A stretch of DNA of 62,104 bases, from positions 1 to 62,104 of IMG/VR virus record IMGVR_UViG_3300003690_003506; one strand, written 5' to 3'. The translations under genes were made by a program, and so were the position numbers. The notes beneath the pieces are model-generated. The model was not told where the DNA came from and did no database searches. It saw only the letters and a list, made by a program, of their open reading frames with translations. Each line of letters starts with the position of its first letter. Within the stretch, counting starts at the first letter, position 1. Source of the DNA: a virus. Its lineage: Duplodnaviria; Caudoviricetes. Below are positions 29,001 through 38,800 of the stretch, one piece after another.

Positions 29001-32000
29001 TACCCCAGACCGAGGCGCCTTAAGCACCAGCTTCAGCGTATATACTTTCGAAATCTCGAGGGCGAACAAATTTAGTTCTAAAGCGAGTTTCAGCTACCAG
29101 AATGACTCCTTCGACAAGCTGGAGCTTAAATTTAGATTTGGTCGATCACAAACTCGACCCAGGTGGGCGCCCTTCAATCCGCCGCGGTCGAACAACGTGA
29201 CGTACACACTTCCTGATGGCACCTCGGGTAGCTATGCAATCCCGGGTTATGAGTTGCGGGCCCCGGGCAGCGACAGCACTGAAATGGTAAAAATTAAATA
29301 CGAGCCCCACACCGGTGCCAGCTACGGCACCGATCGGGGCAGAATTCAAGTTAACCTTAGTTCAGATTTAATTCCGGGCGCTGGCAATATAAGTGCGTTT
29401 AGCTTTTCTGCTCCTGATACCAGCGGCACTGGCCAGGGTGGGAATTATAATCCGACGATCGTGGACATAAATCAATATGTTGATATTTTCGCTGCAGCGC
29501 TGGCAGAAAATCTTAGGTTCGACCCGGGCCCCGGGCCACATCCCCACGACTTTGTCGGCGACGCCTGGGAACGCATTACTCTCCAGGATTTTGATGCGCC
29601 CACCGTCACAGGTATTTCGGCCACCCCCGAGGAAATCAAGAAGGAGATCGTCGGCATATTGTTTCCTGCAGCTTTTGCTGGGATGGTCGAATCAGCTTTT
29701 GATTATATCGAAGCAAACGGTATCTTTGATATGGAAAGATTAAATGCAGTGAACTTTTTCCATGACAATAGGAATTGTATACCAGATAACGTGGCCGATT
29801 TCTTAGATATAGATGGTATTTTGGCAATACTAAAAGATGAAATGTTGGACGCACTTTGTTATGATGAGGACAAAGAAGATTTAAATCCAATGGGGGGTAA
29901 GATAAGGGATGTTATTCGATACGGGCTTTTCTTGTTATTGACTCAAATTCATATAGCCCAATTCTTGATCAAAAATATATTTGTTCTCTCGGCATTCAAA
30001 GTAGAAGATATTATGGCATCCCAGATGATAACAGATTTACTAGCAGTAACAGTTCGCGATCAAATGACGGCATTCTTGCAAACAGAACCAGTTATAGGGC
30101 ACCAGATGGTTCAATATTTTAGCAAGAAGGCCAAGAGACCATCAATTGTTTCTAAAGGCGGCTTTGAAGATAGGGCGGGAAATATGGTTTTCCCAGTGGC
30201 CACACCCACAACAAATATGCAGGATTTCAATTTTGAAGATTCTTTTGATGGATTTAGTATTAGTGATTTTCCTGCAATTATTGAATATGTCACTAAATTA
30301 CGAATGTCTGATTCAAAAAAATCTGTGTCTAATGCCATGAAAAGGTCGAGCGCAATGACTCCTTCAAAGTCGGTTGATAAAATCTTTTTAGAAAACATTC
30401 TTACAGTACAGCCTATGTGGTTCGGAGACCTTACTCCTGAATTATATATAGAGGATGGCCAACACAATATTGTGATGCATCAACCCGCCATCACCAACAA
30501 CAGCTGGAAGACAGTCCTGCTCCGAGAGCGGATTCAGGGTGATTGGGCACAGCAGGCCACTTTCGGGAAGCTCGTCTTGGAAAGAGTGGTTGTTTGGGAT
30601 TCTGCGTGGGTCACCTTCGCGACAGGCGGCGAGCCTCGATCGGCCGCCGGCGTGTCCTGGGCGCCACTCGCCGGCGCCAACAATGGATTAGAAATTAGTT
30701 TGTTTAATCACGCTTTAGGTATTGAGGGTGCCGCGATGGTGCACTGGAGTACCAACGAAGCCCATACTGCCCGGGATTTGCTGAGCAGCGACGATCGAGA
30801 CTCGTCGTCCGGAATTAGCTTTTTTGGCCTAGGCATAAGACATCGTATAGTATATTATTTACCCGGCACCGAACACGACCAGCCGGGCGAAGACTTATTT
30901 TATAGAGATTACAGCGACGAGCTTCATCCATCCCAACGCCACGATTCGTTGGGTCTACGTAGGGTTGTTATAGCAGATCTCGGTACTCTAGTATCATTGG
31001 GGGATAAACAGACTACAGACCCAGCCTTCGCAGAGGATATGCTATATTATAATTCATCAAAAATTCGTGGGAGCGAAATTAGTCAAATTAGTACAGATCC
31101 CGTGTATCAAGAACTTTTTGGGAAGACGTTTAACAAAGAATTGATTATGCTTATTCCTATAATGTATAATTTCTATCTTACAAATGCTCATTTCTCCGAG
31201 ATAGACGATCGTTTCAGGGCGCCCAAGTATCGTTGTCTTCAAATATTTAAAGATAGTGTACGTGACGAAAATAATTTTAGCAGCCCTGTTCCGGATCCTG
31301 CGGGAGCAAAGCGCTTGGGAGCAATAGATCCAGAAGATCCTCTTCTTGATTTAGGATTCTCAGCATTGGACTTTATATTAAAAATGCTTATACAAACACC
31401 AATTAAAATTTTTAAGGGGGTATCTGAAATAATAGATCCGCACGTTGCAATATCTAAGATAGTTAAAGATGTTTCCGGCGCGGCCTTTAATGAGCTTGCT
31501 AAAGTTATCGACGCAGCTCCTCCGGTCATCGCGTTGCGTGAGCCTATACCACACCCTCGCCGCGGGCAGCCTCCTGCTAATGATCCCGAAGGCGAGCCGA
31601 TTGAAGAAGACGCAACACTCCCGGCAATTGCACCAGCCATCACCGGCGAGGGTATTCTTTCCTTCCTCTTATGTATGATTACAATAGGAATGAAAGAAGG
31701 TCTTGAAGATGTATCTCCAACTCCGCCCGGTTGGCACAAGGCCCTGGAAGATGGAATTCTTTATCCAAAAATTAATATAAAAGGTGTTGATTTCCTCGGC
31801 ACATTACCGGGAATGTTTATGGCACCTCCGTTTGTGTTTGGTATAATATATTTGCTATTATCACTACTTATGAAAGAAGTGGAGGATGATCTTAATGATT
31901 TGAGAGACGATGTACCGCCAATGTCGCCGCCGGCTGATGATGGTCTTAATCCACCTGGATCCAGCGCCTGCCCTGATCCAGTGGCCACCACCCTTAGTCC

Positions 32001-32043
32001 CTCGAATCCTAATTATGTGCCACCAGAGTCTGGCGAGTGCTAA
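26014..32043 (+). CDS. Large hypothetical virion protein (2009 aa)
   Basis: Uninterrupted ORF between the spike-like and gp25-like genes. Confidence 0.65.
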   Translation: MSSPSDYFLSGHVANKTGFRSKKRNIPFYNPHDETIKVKITYDEFADPQDFLGKVNGVTNKLVNRFILHYYPEFYPYLQDASYTSGIAILDDAFTDIKRMFKESLEAGSLIYYVPHDPYLKSQNKHMVLGSISSFTYDLLPCDVRTLKKRSLLAFTARIYAKIQVMTVPAPGDTLTFTTRSPLEIRELLELANRMPSWDSALSLFNQDQKITNPNDQTTIVIGGLMENNNLMNDGLSSFQSEIAGFGGLFPLPIDFNAIQKSMMFILNVTILKSIVEELTDIGVKGYTGRSKFTEFGDADSITIYFGKKRRPGPPPLPSETAIGRITYVVNEEGPEENVLKTGYMTNVKYNKEFQDPLTLSTLKNYEYLLQRMRLAAIDPNGPPFSFTEFITDSSGDFGLPADFTLDELPAPAPPVKNAFLKQAVEMGLVDLKDTQALEKGFVESMSPAEMKKLRQQVRQNPEIFKKVFEANKAKALKTGQNVAKGIAAVLNGDIPGGKKNKKAALLLRSLGIDEIAKEAMICATLGMAPSMARIAQAAANAMQTVGQRNLPSPGMQINIQPYEVPDHPDSAVKIPPIDIKKIFKTFTIDGDMWKEILKIMLDSLQEMVMEIVKGLAELLKDLCELANPFASDFGENDLADLVQDNLTDDAANLPNISNPSALDQLFERDNMTFDDVMKYFRDLSAILSSMEICFLFTDRDEVSYDTMEKILDFNAAYGDVHIRNTLNNYGAVMGFFANLSRFVDFSDFCNKIASDLVHLNHDNLCLLEVKAPDAIADILSNIADGIKLDQPKINLDCPLRPGFIKNPLVSDTIPDLINTIVRVVEMEFTNSISSVTQILKEPTIVTNKDADGNIDPAMKKIMDALAAVRDGDEDPYSEVRKPPTDATKAVLTKIKEAFAEIPLMDTSNLQETCNIDLTQAFGVEVGAVQGVLNMIITILDELLSDPEFLSAIGDLEDMLGRMSGDPDDSAAPPVTATKTFQFPRKYKNEFTNYMGTPDRGALSTSFSVYTFEISRANKFSSKASFSYQNDSFDKLELKFRFGRSQTRPRWAPFNPPRSNNVTYTLPDGTSGSYAIPGYELRAPGSDSTEMVKIKYEPHTGASYGTDRGRIQVNLSSDLIPGAGNISAFSFSAPDTSGTGQGGNYNPTIVDINQYVDIFAAALAENLRFDPGPGPHPHDFVGDAWERITLQDFDAPTVTGISATPEEIKKEIVGILFPAAFAGMVESAFDYIEANGIFDMERLNAVNFFHDNRNCIPDNVADFLDIDGILAILKDEMLDALCYDEDKEDLNPMGGKIRDVIRYGLFLLLTQIHIAQFLIKNIFVLSAFKVEDIMASQMITDLLAVTVRDQMTAFLQTEPVIGHQMVQYFSKKAKRPSIVSKGGFEDRAGNMVFPVATPTTNMQDFNFEDSFDGFSISDFPAIIEYVTKLRMSDSKKSVSNAMKRSSAMTPSKSVDKIFLENILTVQPMWFGDLTPELYIEDGQHNIVMHQPAITNNSWKTVLLRERIQGDWAQQATFGKLVLERVVVWDSAWVTFATGGEPRSAAGVSWAPLAGANNGLEISLFNHALGIEGAAMVHWSTNEAHTARDLLSSDDRDSSSGISFFGLGIRHRIVYYLPGTEHDQPGEDLFYRDYSDELHPSQRHDSLGLRRVVIADLGTLVSLGDKQTTDPAFAEDMLYYNSSKIRGSEISQISTDPVYQELFGKTFNKELIMLIPIMYNFYLTNAHFSEIDDRFRAPKYRCLQIFKDSVRDENNFSSPVPDPAGAKRLGAIDPEDPLLDLGFSALDFILKMLIQTPIKIFKGVSEIIDPHVAISKIVKDVSGAAFNELAKVIDAAPPVIALREPIPHPRRGQPPANDPEGEPIEEDATLPAIAPAITGEGILSFLLCMITIGMKEGLEDVSPTPPGWHKALEDGILYPKINIKGVDFLGTLPGMFMAPPFVFGIIYLLLSLLMKEVEDDLNDLRDDVPPMSPPADDGLNPPGSSACPDPVATTLSPSNPNYVPPESGEC

Positions 32044-32047
32044 TTAT
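32040..32047 (+). promoter_or_regulatory. Candidate late promoter motif CTAWTTAT
   Basis: CTAATTAT 17 nt before the ATG at 32065. Confidence 0.4.
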
Positions 32048-32064
32048 AAAAAGGAAATAGAATT

Positions 32065-32457
32065 ATGGCATCAGGAATAGCAGTTAGATTACCACTTAAA
32101 GAAGATAATGTTAATGGGCCGTATGGGCTTATAAAAAATTATGTTGAGCTAGCTAGACAAAATTTTAAAATGCTTTTACTAACAAGTCCCGGGGAAAAGA
32201 TGATGAATCCTGATTTTGGAGTTGGGCTTAAGAGGTATTTATTTGAATTAAATGGATCGACGGTATATGCAGAAATAAATGATAGAATACACTCGCAGAC
32301 AAAGCGCTATATGAGTTTCATTCAGCTTAATAAAATCGATTTTAGCGTGCCAGAAAATGAACCGGACTTTTTTCCACACACCATATCAGTGTCAATACAT
32401 TTTACAATTGTGCCGCTTCAAACAAGCACTTTGCTTCAAATTGAATTTGATAACTAA
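32065..32457 (+). CDS. Baseplate wedge/sheath initiator, gp25/GpW-like
   Basis: QNFKMLLLTSPGEKMMNPDFGVGLKRYLFE motif. Confidence 0.9.
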   Translation: MASGIAVRLPLKEDNVNGPYGLIKNYVELARQNFKMLLLTSPGEKMMNPDFGVGLKRYLFELNGSTVYAEINDRIHSQTKRYMSFIQLNKIDFSVPENEPDFFPHTISVSIHFTIVPLQTSTLLQIEFDN

Positions 32458-32461
32458 TTAT
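32454..32461 (+). promoter_or_regulatory. Candidate late promoter motif CTAWTTAT
   Basis: CTAATTAT 16 nt before the ATG at 32478. Confidence 0.4.
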
Positions 32462-32477
32462 TATTGGGACCACTTTA

Positions 32478-34274
32478 ATGCCAAAGAAACAACAAGCCAT
32501 AAATTATACAAGTCGAGATTTTGATTCTATTAGGCGCGACTTAGAGACGTACGCTAAAAGATATTATCCGGATACTTATCAAGATTTTAGTGAGGCATCT
32601 TTTGGGTCATTAATGCTCGATACGGTAGCTTACGTAGGCGATATTTTATCATTTTATTTAGACTACCAAGCAAATGAAAGTTTTTTAGATTCCGCAATTC
32701 AATATGATAACGTTGCGAGGCATTCACGTCAATTTGGATTTCGCCTGCCGGCTAGCCCTTCCTCGTTCGGAATTTTGACTTTTTATATTAAAATACCGGT
32801 CACTTCGGTTGGCGGGGGCCCAGACTTAGATTTTGCTCCCACACTTAGGGCCGGCTCAACCTTTAGTTCTGTGGGCGGTGGATCCTACACTTTACTTGAT
32901 AGTATAGATTTTTCTGTAGGGACTAACCAGGTTGTTGTTGCAGAGGCTGATTCAGACACTGGAGAGGCTCAGTCATTTGTTATACGCGCGTTAGGCAGAG
33001 CTGTATCTGGTAGAGCTGTTGTACAAGAGTTTGAAGTGGGAGAATTTCAGAGATTTTTGAAATTGTCCCTTTCTAATGCTAATGTTACAGCCATATTGAG
33101 TATTATGGATTCAGAAGGTCACGAATATGTTCAAGTTGATAATTTATCGCAAAACGTAATTTATAAAGCTCTTAGAAATTCAGATTCTAATAGTTCAACG
33201 GTGCCAAATATACTTAAAGCTGTGCCTGTTCCAAGAAGGTTTGTATTAGAAAATTTAGGTAACGAGTCCTTTTTACAATTTGGATATGGATCTGATTCTG
33301 AGTTATTAACAAATTCTGTTTTAGATCCGACAGAGTTGGTGCTCGACTTAAATGGCAAAAATTATATTACTGATTTAGATTTTGATCCAACAAAATTAAT
33401 AAGTACAGATAAATTTGGAATTGCCCCAGCCAATACAAAGCTAAGAGTGTCATATCGAATTAATACCGGCAGAGACATCAACGCGGCGGTTAATACCGTC
33501 ACGACAATAAAAACCCCTCTTTTCAAGTTTTCACGACAAGCGGAATTACAATCTTCAACGAGGGCAAGTGTAACAACTTCACTGGAGGTTACAAACGAGC
33601 AGGCATTTGTTGGTAATTTAGCGCTTCCTTCATCTGAAGAAATTAAGCAAAGAACTATGTCATATTTTGCAGCACAAAATAGAGCTGTTACGGCTCAAGA
33701 TTATCAGGCAATTATATATGGAATGCCGGCCAAATTTGGCGCCATCCACCGAGCGCAGATAGTAAGAGATTTTGATGAGTTTAAAAGAAATTTAAATTTA
33801 TATATTATTTCAAAAGATGTTAATGGTAAACTAACTTCAGCGAACTCAACATTAAAAAGTAATATTAAAAGTTGGATTATGCAATATAAGATGATTAATG
33901 ATACTGTTGATATTCTTGATGCAGAAATTGTTAATTTTGGAATTCGTTATAGTATTTCTTTAGATTCAAATGCCAACAGATACACTGTTATAAGCAGAGC
34001 CAATAAAAGACTTGCTAAATTTTATTCTAAAAGACAATTTGATATCGGAGAATCCATTCAAATCTCGGATATTTATCGTGAACTACAAAAAGTTAAAGGA
34101 ATTATGGATGTATACGACGTACAGATTGTAGATAAAATCGGCGGCTTGTATTCTAATAGCAATTATGATTTACGTTCTTCTGTTTCCATGGATGGAACCA
34201 GGGTTTTGGCCTCCAATAGAATTATATTTGAACTCAAATTTCCAAATGTTGATATACAAGGAACTGTCAAATAA
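32478..34274 (+). CDS. Baseplate wedge protein, T4 gp6/baseplate J-like
   Basis: YTSRDFDSIR, LSFYLDYQANESFLDSA, LQFG.G and QNRAVTAQDY; follows the gp25-like gene. Confidence 0.88.
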   Translation: MPKKQQAINYTSRDFDSIRRDLETYAKRYYPDTYQDFSEASFGSLMLDTVAYVGDILSFYLDYQANESFLDSAIQYDNVARHSRQFGFRLPASPSSFGILTFYIKIPVTSVGGGPDLDFAPTLRAGSTFSSVGGGSYTLLDSIDFSVGTNQVVVAEADSDTGEAQSFVIRALGRAVSGRAVVQEFEVGEFQRFLKLSLSNANVTAILSIMDSEGHEYVQVDNLSQNVIYKALRNSDSNSSTVPNILKAVPVPRRFVLENLGNESFLQFGYGSDSELLTNSVLDPTELVLDLNGKNYITDLDFDPTKLISTDKFGIAPANTKLRVSYRINTGRDINAAVNTVTTIKTPLFKFSRQAELQSSTRASVTTSLEVTNEQAFVGNLALPSSEEIKQRTMSYFAAQNRAVTAQDYQAIIYGMPAKFGAIHRAQIVRDFDEFKRNLNLYIISKDVNGKLTSANSTLKSNIKSWIMQYKMINDTVDILDAEIVNFGIRYSISLDSNANRYTVISRANKRLAKFYSKRQFDIGESIQISDIYRELQKVKGIMDVYDVQIVDKIGGLYSNSNYDLRSSVSMDGTRVLASNRIIFELKFPNVDIQGTVK

Positions 34275-35806
34275 TGAGCATCGCAAGGTATACAGCCAGT
34301 CTGGATACAACTATAGTTAATGCATTTGAGGCTGATTTATCAACAAGAGCCAGCGGCTCAAATATGGGGTACGCAGATTCCCTAGAAATTTTTTCAATTT
34401 ATGGCCAAACTTCAGCTTCAGTTGGTCAGTCTCAAGAGCTTTCTAGAGCGCTCATAAAATTTCCTATATCTTCAATTTCAGCCGATAGGACGGCCGGTAC
34501 TATTGGTGCTAGCGGAAGCGTATCATTTTATCTTAAAATGTTTAATGCCGAGCATCCATTTACGCTTCCCCAAGACTTTACTTTGGTTGTGGCACCTATT
34601 TCTCAGTCTTGGACAGAGGGAACGGGCCTCGATATGGATGAATACCAAGATCTTGGCTATGCTAGTTGGATGTCTGCTAGCAGTACCGCAGCATGGACCT
34701 CTATCGGCGGCGATTATTTAACGGATCAAAATTATGAGATCACCTTTCCGGGCGGCTACGAAGATGTAGAGGTAAATGTAACAGATCTTGTGGAAAATTG
34801 GATCTTAGGGGATTCGGGTGGTAAGTTTGATAATCACGGCATAGGTTTTAGACTAACAGCCAGCCAGGAAGCTTATTATTCTGCTTCTACTGGAGCTGAT
34901 ACGGGAAGTATTATACACAACACAGCCGGCGCAACAGAATCATATTATACAAAAAAGTTCTTCGCTCGGTCCTCGGAGTTCTTCTTTAAACGTCCGTTCA
35001 TCGAGGCGCGTTGGGATTCGCGTATACAAGATGATAGAGAAAATTTCTTTTATTCTAGTTCATTGGCGCCCGCGGAAGATAATTTAAATACTTTATATCT
35101 TTACAATTATATACGCGGGCGTCTTGTTGACATTCCAAACGTTGCTGGCGGCGAGATTCTTGTTTCCTTATACTCTGGTTCCTCGGCGCCAACTGGTTCA
35201 AAGATGAAGATGTCGGCGGGCGGCGGCACTGTTGCTGCAGCAGACACCGATGTTACTGGTGGCTGGGTTAAGACCGGTATCTATTCTGCTTCCATGGCCA
35301 TCACGGCCGCGGCAACTCCATTTGAAGCTCTTTTCGATGTGTGGCACAGCGGGACTACGGATGTAGAGTACTTTACAGGATCAATTTACCCCGAAAAGAT
35401 GCCAACATATGAAGCAGCACCAACTTTCACAAAACTTACAAGCTTAACAAATCTTAAGAGGAAGTATTCAACAAGCGAAAAAGCAAGATTTAGATTTTTT
35501 GTTCGTGATAGAAACTGGAGTCCGACGATCTATACAGTTTCAAATAGTACTAATCCAACTGATGTAATTCATAGTGCTTCTTATTCGGTCCGCCGTGTAA
35601 TAGACAACTGGAATGCCATTCCGTATGGGACAGGTTCTGATTTTAGTACTTATTTGTCTTATGACAAGGACGGTAATTATTTTGATCTGGATTTATCTAT
35701 GTTAGAGTCTGGATATATGTATGAGATTAAATTGTCCTATTACAATGATAGCATAGGCGACTGGCAGGAGCAGGGACAAACGTTCAAATTTAGAGTTGAA
35801 GAATAA
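34274..35806 (+). CDS. Putative virion structural protein (DNRLRE-like beta domain)
   Basis: SRALIKF, SWTEGTG, NVTDLVENW and RPFIEARW patterns; Ser/Thr/Gly-rich. Confidence 0.6.
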   Translation: MSIARYTASLDTTIVNAFEADLSTRASGSNMGYADSLEIFSIYGQTSASVGQSQELSRALIKFPISSISADRTAGTIGASGSVSFYLKMFNAEHPFTLPQDFTLVVAPISQSWTEGTGLDMDEYQDLGYASWMSASSTAAWTSIGGDYLTDQNYEITFPGGYEDVEVNVTDLVENWILGDSGGKFDNHGIGFRLTASQEAYYSASTGADTGSIIHNTAGATESYYTKKFFARSSEFFFKRPFIEARWDSRIQDDRENFFYSSSLAPAEDNLNTLYLYNYIRGRLVDIPNVAGGEILVSLYSGSSAPTGSKMKMSAGGGTVAAADTDVTGGWVKTGIYSASMAITAAATPFEALFDVWHSGTTDVEYFTGSIYPEKMPTYEAAPTFTKLTSLTNLKRKYSTSEKARFRFFVRDRNWSPTIYTVSNSTNPTDVIHSASYSVRRVIDNWNAIPYGTGSDFSTYLSYDKDGNYFDLDLSMLESGYMYEIKLSYYNDSIGDWQEQGQTFKFRVEE

Positions 35807-35813
35807 TTAGGGT

Positions 35814-38800
35814 ATGAGCTTTAAAGATTATTTTAACAAAGCATCAACTATTCGCGCGTTATCCAACAAATCTGCTGAAGAAATAGCAGCAGAAGTTGAA
35901 TCGGTTGGATATCACGAAGAAGACATAGTTCGCGAAGAGAGGTTTATCCCCCGGGTTGACTTTACTCGCCCAGAGAGTTTTGTTCGTTATGGCTCTGCGA
36001 CAGAATATTACGAGCAATCTTTAAAAAGAATTTATGAAGATTATCCATATGATGGTTCTCTTAGAGAAAAAATCAAATGGGAAAATGAATCAACTTATTT
36101 AGATTTACATATTTTTAATAATAGGTATCCTCGCACCAATGGGTATGCGCTGTTTTCCCCGGCCGGCTGGGGAACTGTTAGTAGCGGCTCGGGAGATACT
36201 GGTTATGGATTACCGGCAGATTTAGAATACATTTACTTGAAGGGGGGGCCCCACGCCAACCTCCACGGGATGTCGCCTTACTCAATTCAGTTTACTGGGT
36301 CAAACTATTACGACACAGATAAAAATCGTGAAAACAATTTAAAGTTCGATCTGAAAGATAATGGAATTTCGGTTGAATTCTGGCTTAGGAAAGACGCGTT
36401 TGATGCCTCTAAGACACAGAAGGAAGTAATATTTGATCTTTGGAATGGCGAGGCCTCTTCGTCGGCCCAATACGGTCGTTTTCGTATCGAGTTAACGGGC
36501 GCTGCCAACGAGGCAGGCGCTGATCCATTTAGGGTTACCCTTGTGTCTGGTACGACGGGTTTTGTAAGTTCGTCTATTGTGGCCAGCACATTTACAACAT
36601 CCGACGTCGCCGACGATAATTGGCATCATTATGCCTTCACATTTAAATCAGCTTCTGCTGGAATTACATCTAGATTTTATGTCGATGGCACACTGAACAA
36701 TGAATGCCTCAGCGGAACTATAGCAGCCGATGGAGATCCATCAGCCACGGCTGCGGGGATGAATGAGGTGACAGGTGCCCTCAGAGCTTATATGGGCGCC
36801 TTAATAACCCCAAATCATAGAAGCGTCAATCCCGCTGCTGCAGGCGCAGGCAAGCTCTCGGGCTCTATCGATGAGTTTAGATATTGGAAGACAGAGAGGA
36901 CGGCTAAAGAGATCGGCCGTCATTGGTTTACCCAAGTTGGCGGCGGAACAAATGATGACCCAACTCCCGGCATTACCACTACCGAAAATATTAATACTAA
37001 ATTGGGTGTTTATTATAAGTTTAACGAAGGAATTACCGGAGTATCATCCACGGATTCGGTCGTACTTGATTATTCCGGCCGCATCACCAATGGAGCTTGG
37101 ACAGGATATTCGAGCGACTCAAGAAATACTGGTTCGGCAATCGTTTCTTCTAGTGCCGCAATAAAAGAATTTAAAGATCCAATTATTTATAAATTTCATC
37201 CATCGGTGGAAACTTTAGCTGCCGATTTGCAGATAACTGGCTCTGAATATGATGTAAATAATAATGCATCAATATATAACTCTATTCCGGCTTGGATTAC
37301 AGAAGAAGATTCGGGCGATAAAGGACAAAAACAACTCAAATATTTGACACAAATTATGTCAAGCTATTTTGATACGCTTCAATTACAGATTGAATCGTTG
37401 GCAAACCTTAAAGATATAACTTACAACACAGGAAGCAATAAGCCATTGCCGTTTGCTGAAAAACTTCTTTCCTCGGCCGGCCTCTTTGCACCAGAAATTT
37501 TTATAGATGCAGATGTGTTGGAAAAATTGGCTGATAGAAGCGAAAATAGAGTATTTGAGAAATCTCTGCATGATGTAAAAAATACGATATATCAAAACAT
37601 TTATAATAATTTAGTTTATATCTATAAAACGAAAGGAACCGAAAAAGCTTTTCGAAATATGATTAGATGTTTCGGCATCGATGATGAATTAGTAAAACTG
37701 AATATGTATGCCGGCGGTATTGAGTATGAGGCGAGAGATAATCGTCGTAACATAGTATCGATAGTGGATAAATTTGTTAATTTTAATACAGCAGATAATA
37801 GTAACGCGGTGGTGTATCAACAGCAGGATGCTTCAGATACAACAGATACTACAGGATATTTTCCTGCTAATTCTAAATTGGCCGATGGCTATGCTCAAAC
37901 ATTTGAGGCGGACATAAGCTTCCCCAAGAAGCCAGATGCGAATGCTTCCTTTTATTTTGACACAAATACAATAAGTTCTTCGTTATTTGGTGTTCATGGG
38001 GTTGTTTCTGAAGAATCTGTTCCACAATGGGATGATACTGCCGATGCTGCCAATTATCAAGTATTTGCTGTAAGAGATGAGATAGATTCCACCAATGTAC
38101 GCTTTGTGTTGACTGGTACTGAGGGGGGTTATGTACCATATTTGGTATCTGATTTATACCAAGATACTTATGAAGATAGCCACTGGAATTTAGCTGTTCG
38201 AATTAAGCCAGAAAACTACCCGTATGCCGGTACGAAGCCGGGTGGCGAGTTCGGCGTCCTTGGCGGCGCTTGTTGCGGAAATTATACCGTAGAACTCCAC
38301 GGAATACAAATAGACGCTGGCGTCGTACGTAATGAGTTTAATTTGAGCGGCTTAGCAGCAACCGAATCAGATAGTTTAAAAAAGACACCAGCTGGATTTA
38401 TAACGGGCAGTAAGAGAGTATATCTTGGAACACACAGGACAAACTTCACGGGCACGATTCTTAACTCTACAGATGTTAAAGTTAACGCATGTAGATATTG
38501 GTTTGATTATGTAGAGGACGAGACACTCTTGGGTCATGCATATGATACAGAAAATTACGGCTCTTTAAAACCACGTGCTTATGCTTACCCATTCGATTTC
38601 TCTGGGTCATATGGTGATATATTAAAATTTGATACTCTAGCATTAAATTGGGAATTCTCACAGAATACTGGTTCCGATGCATCTGGACAGTTTACTGTCA
38701 AAGATCGATCTTCTGGATCTGCAACCACCGCGGCAGCGCGCTTTGGTTGGCTTGGGAATTACTTAAACAGACAATATAGCGGAAAAGGCTATGATTTTTT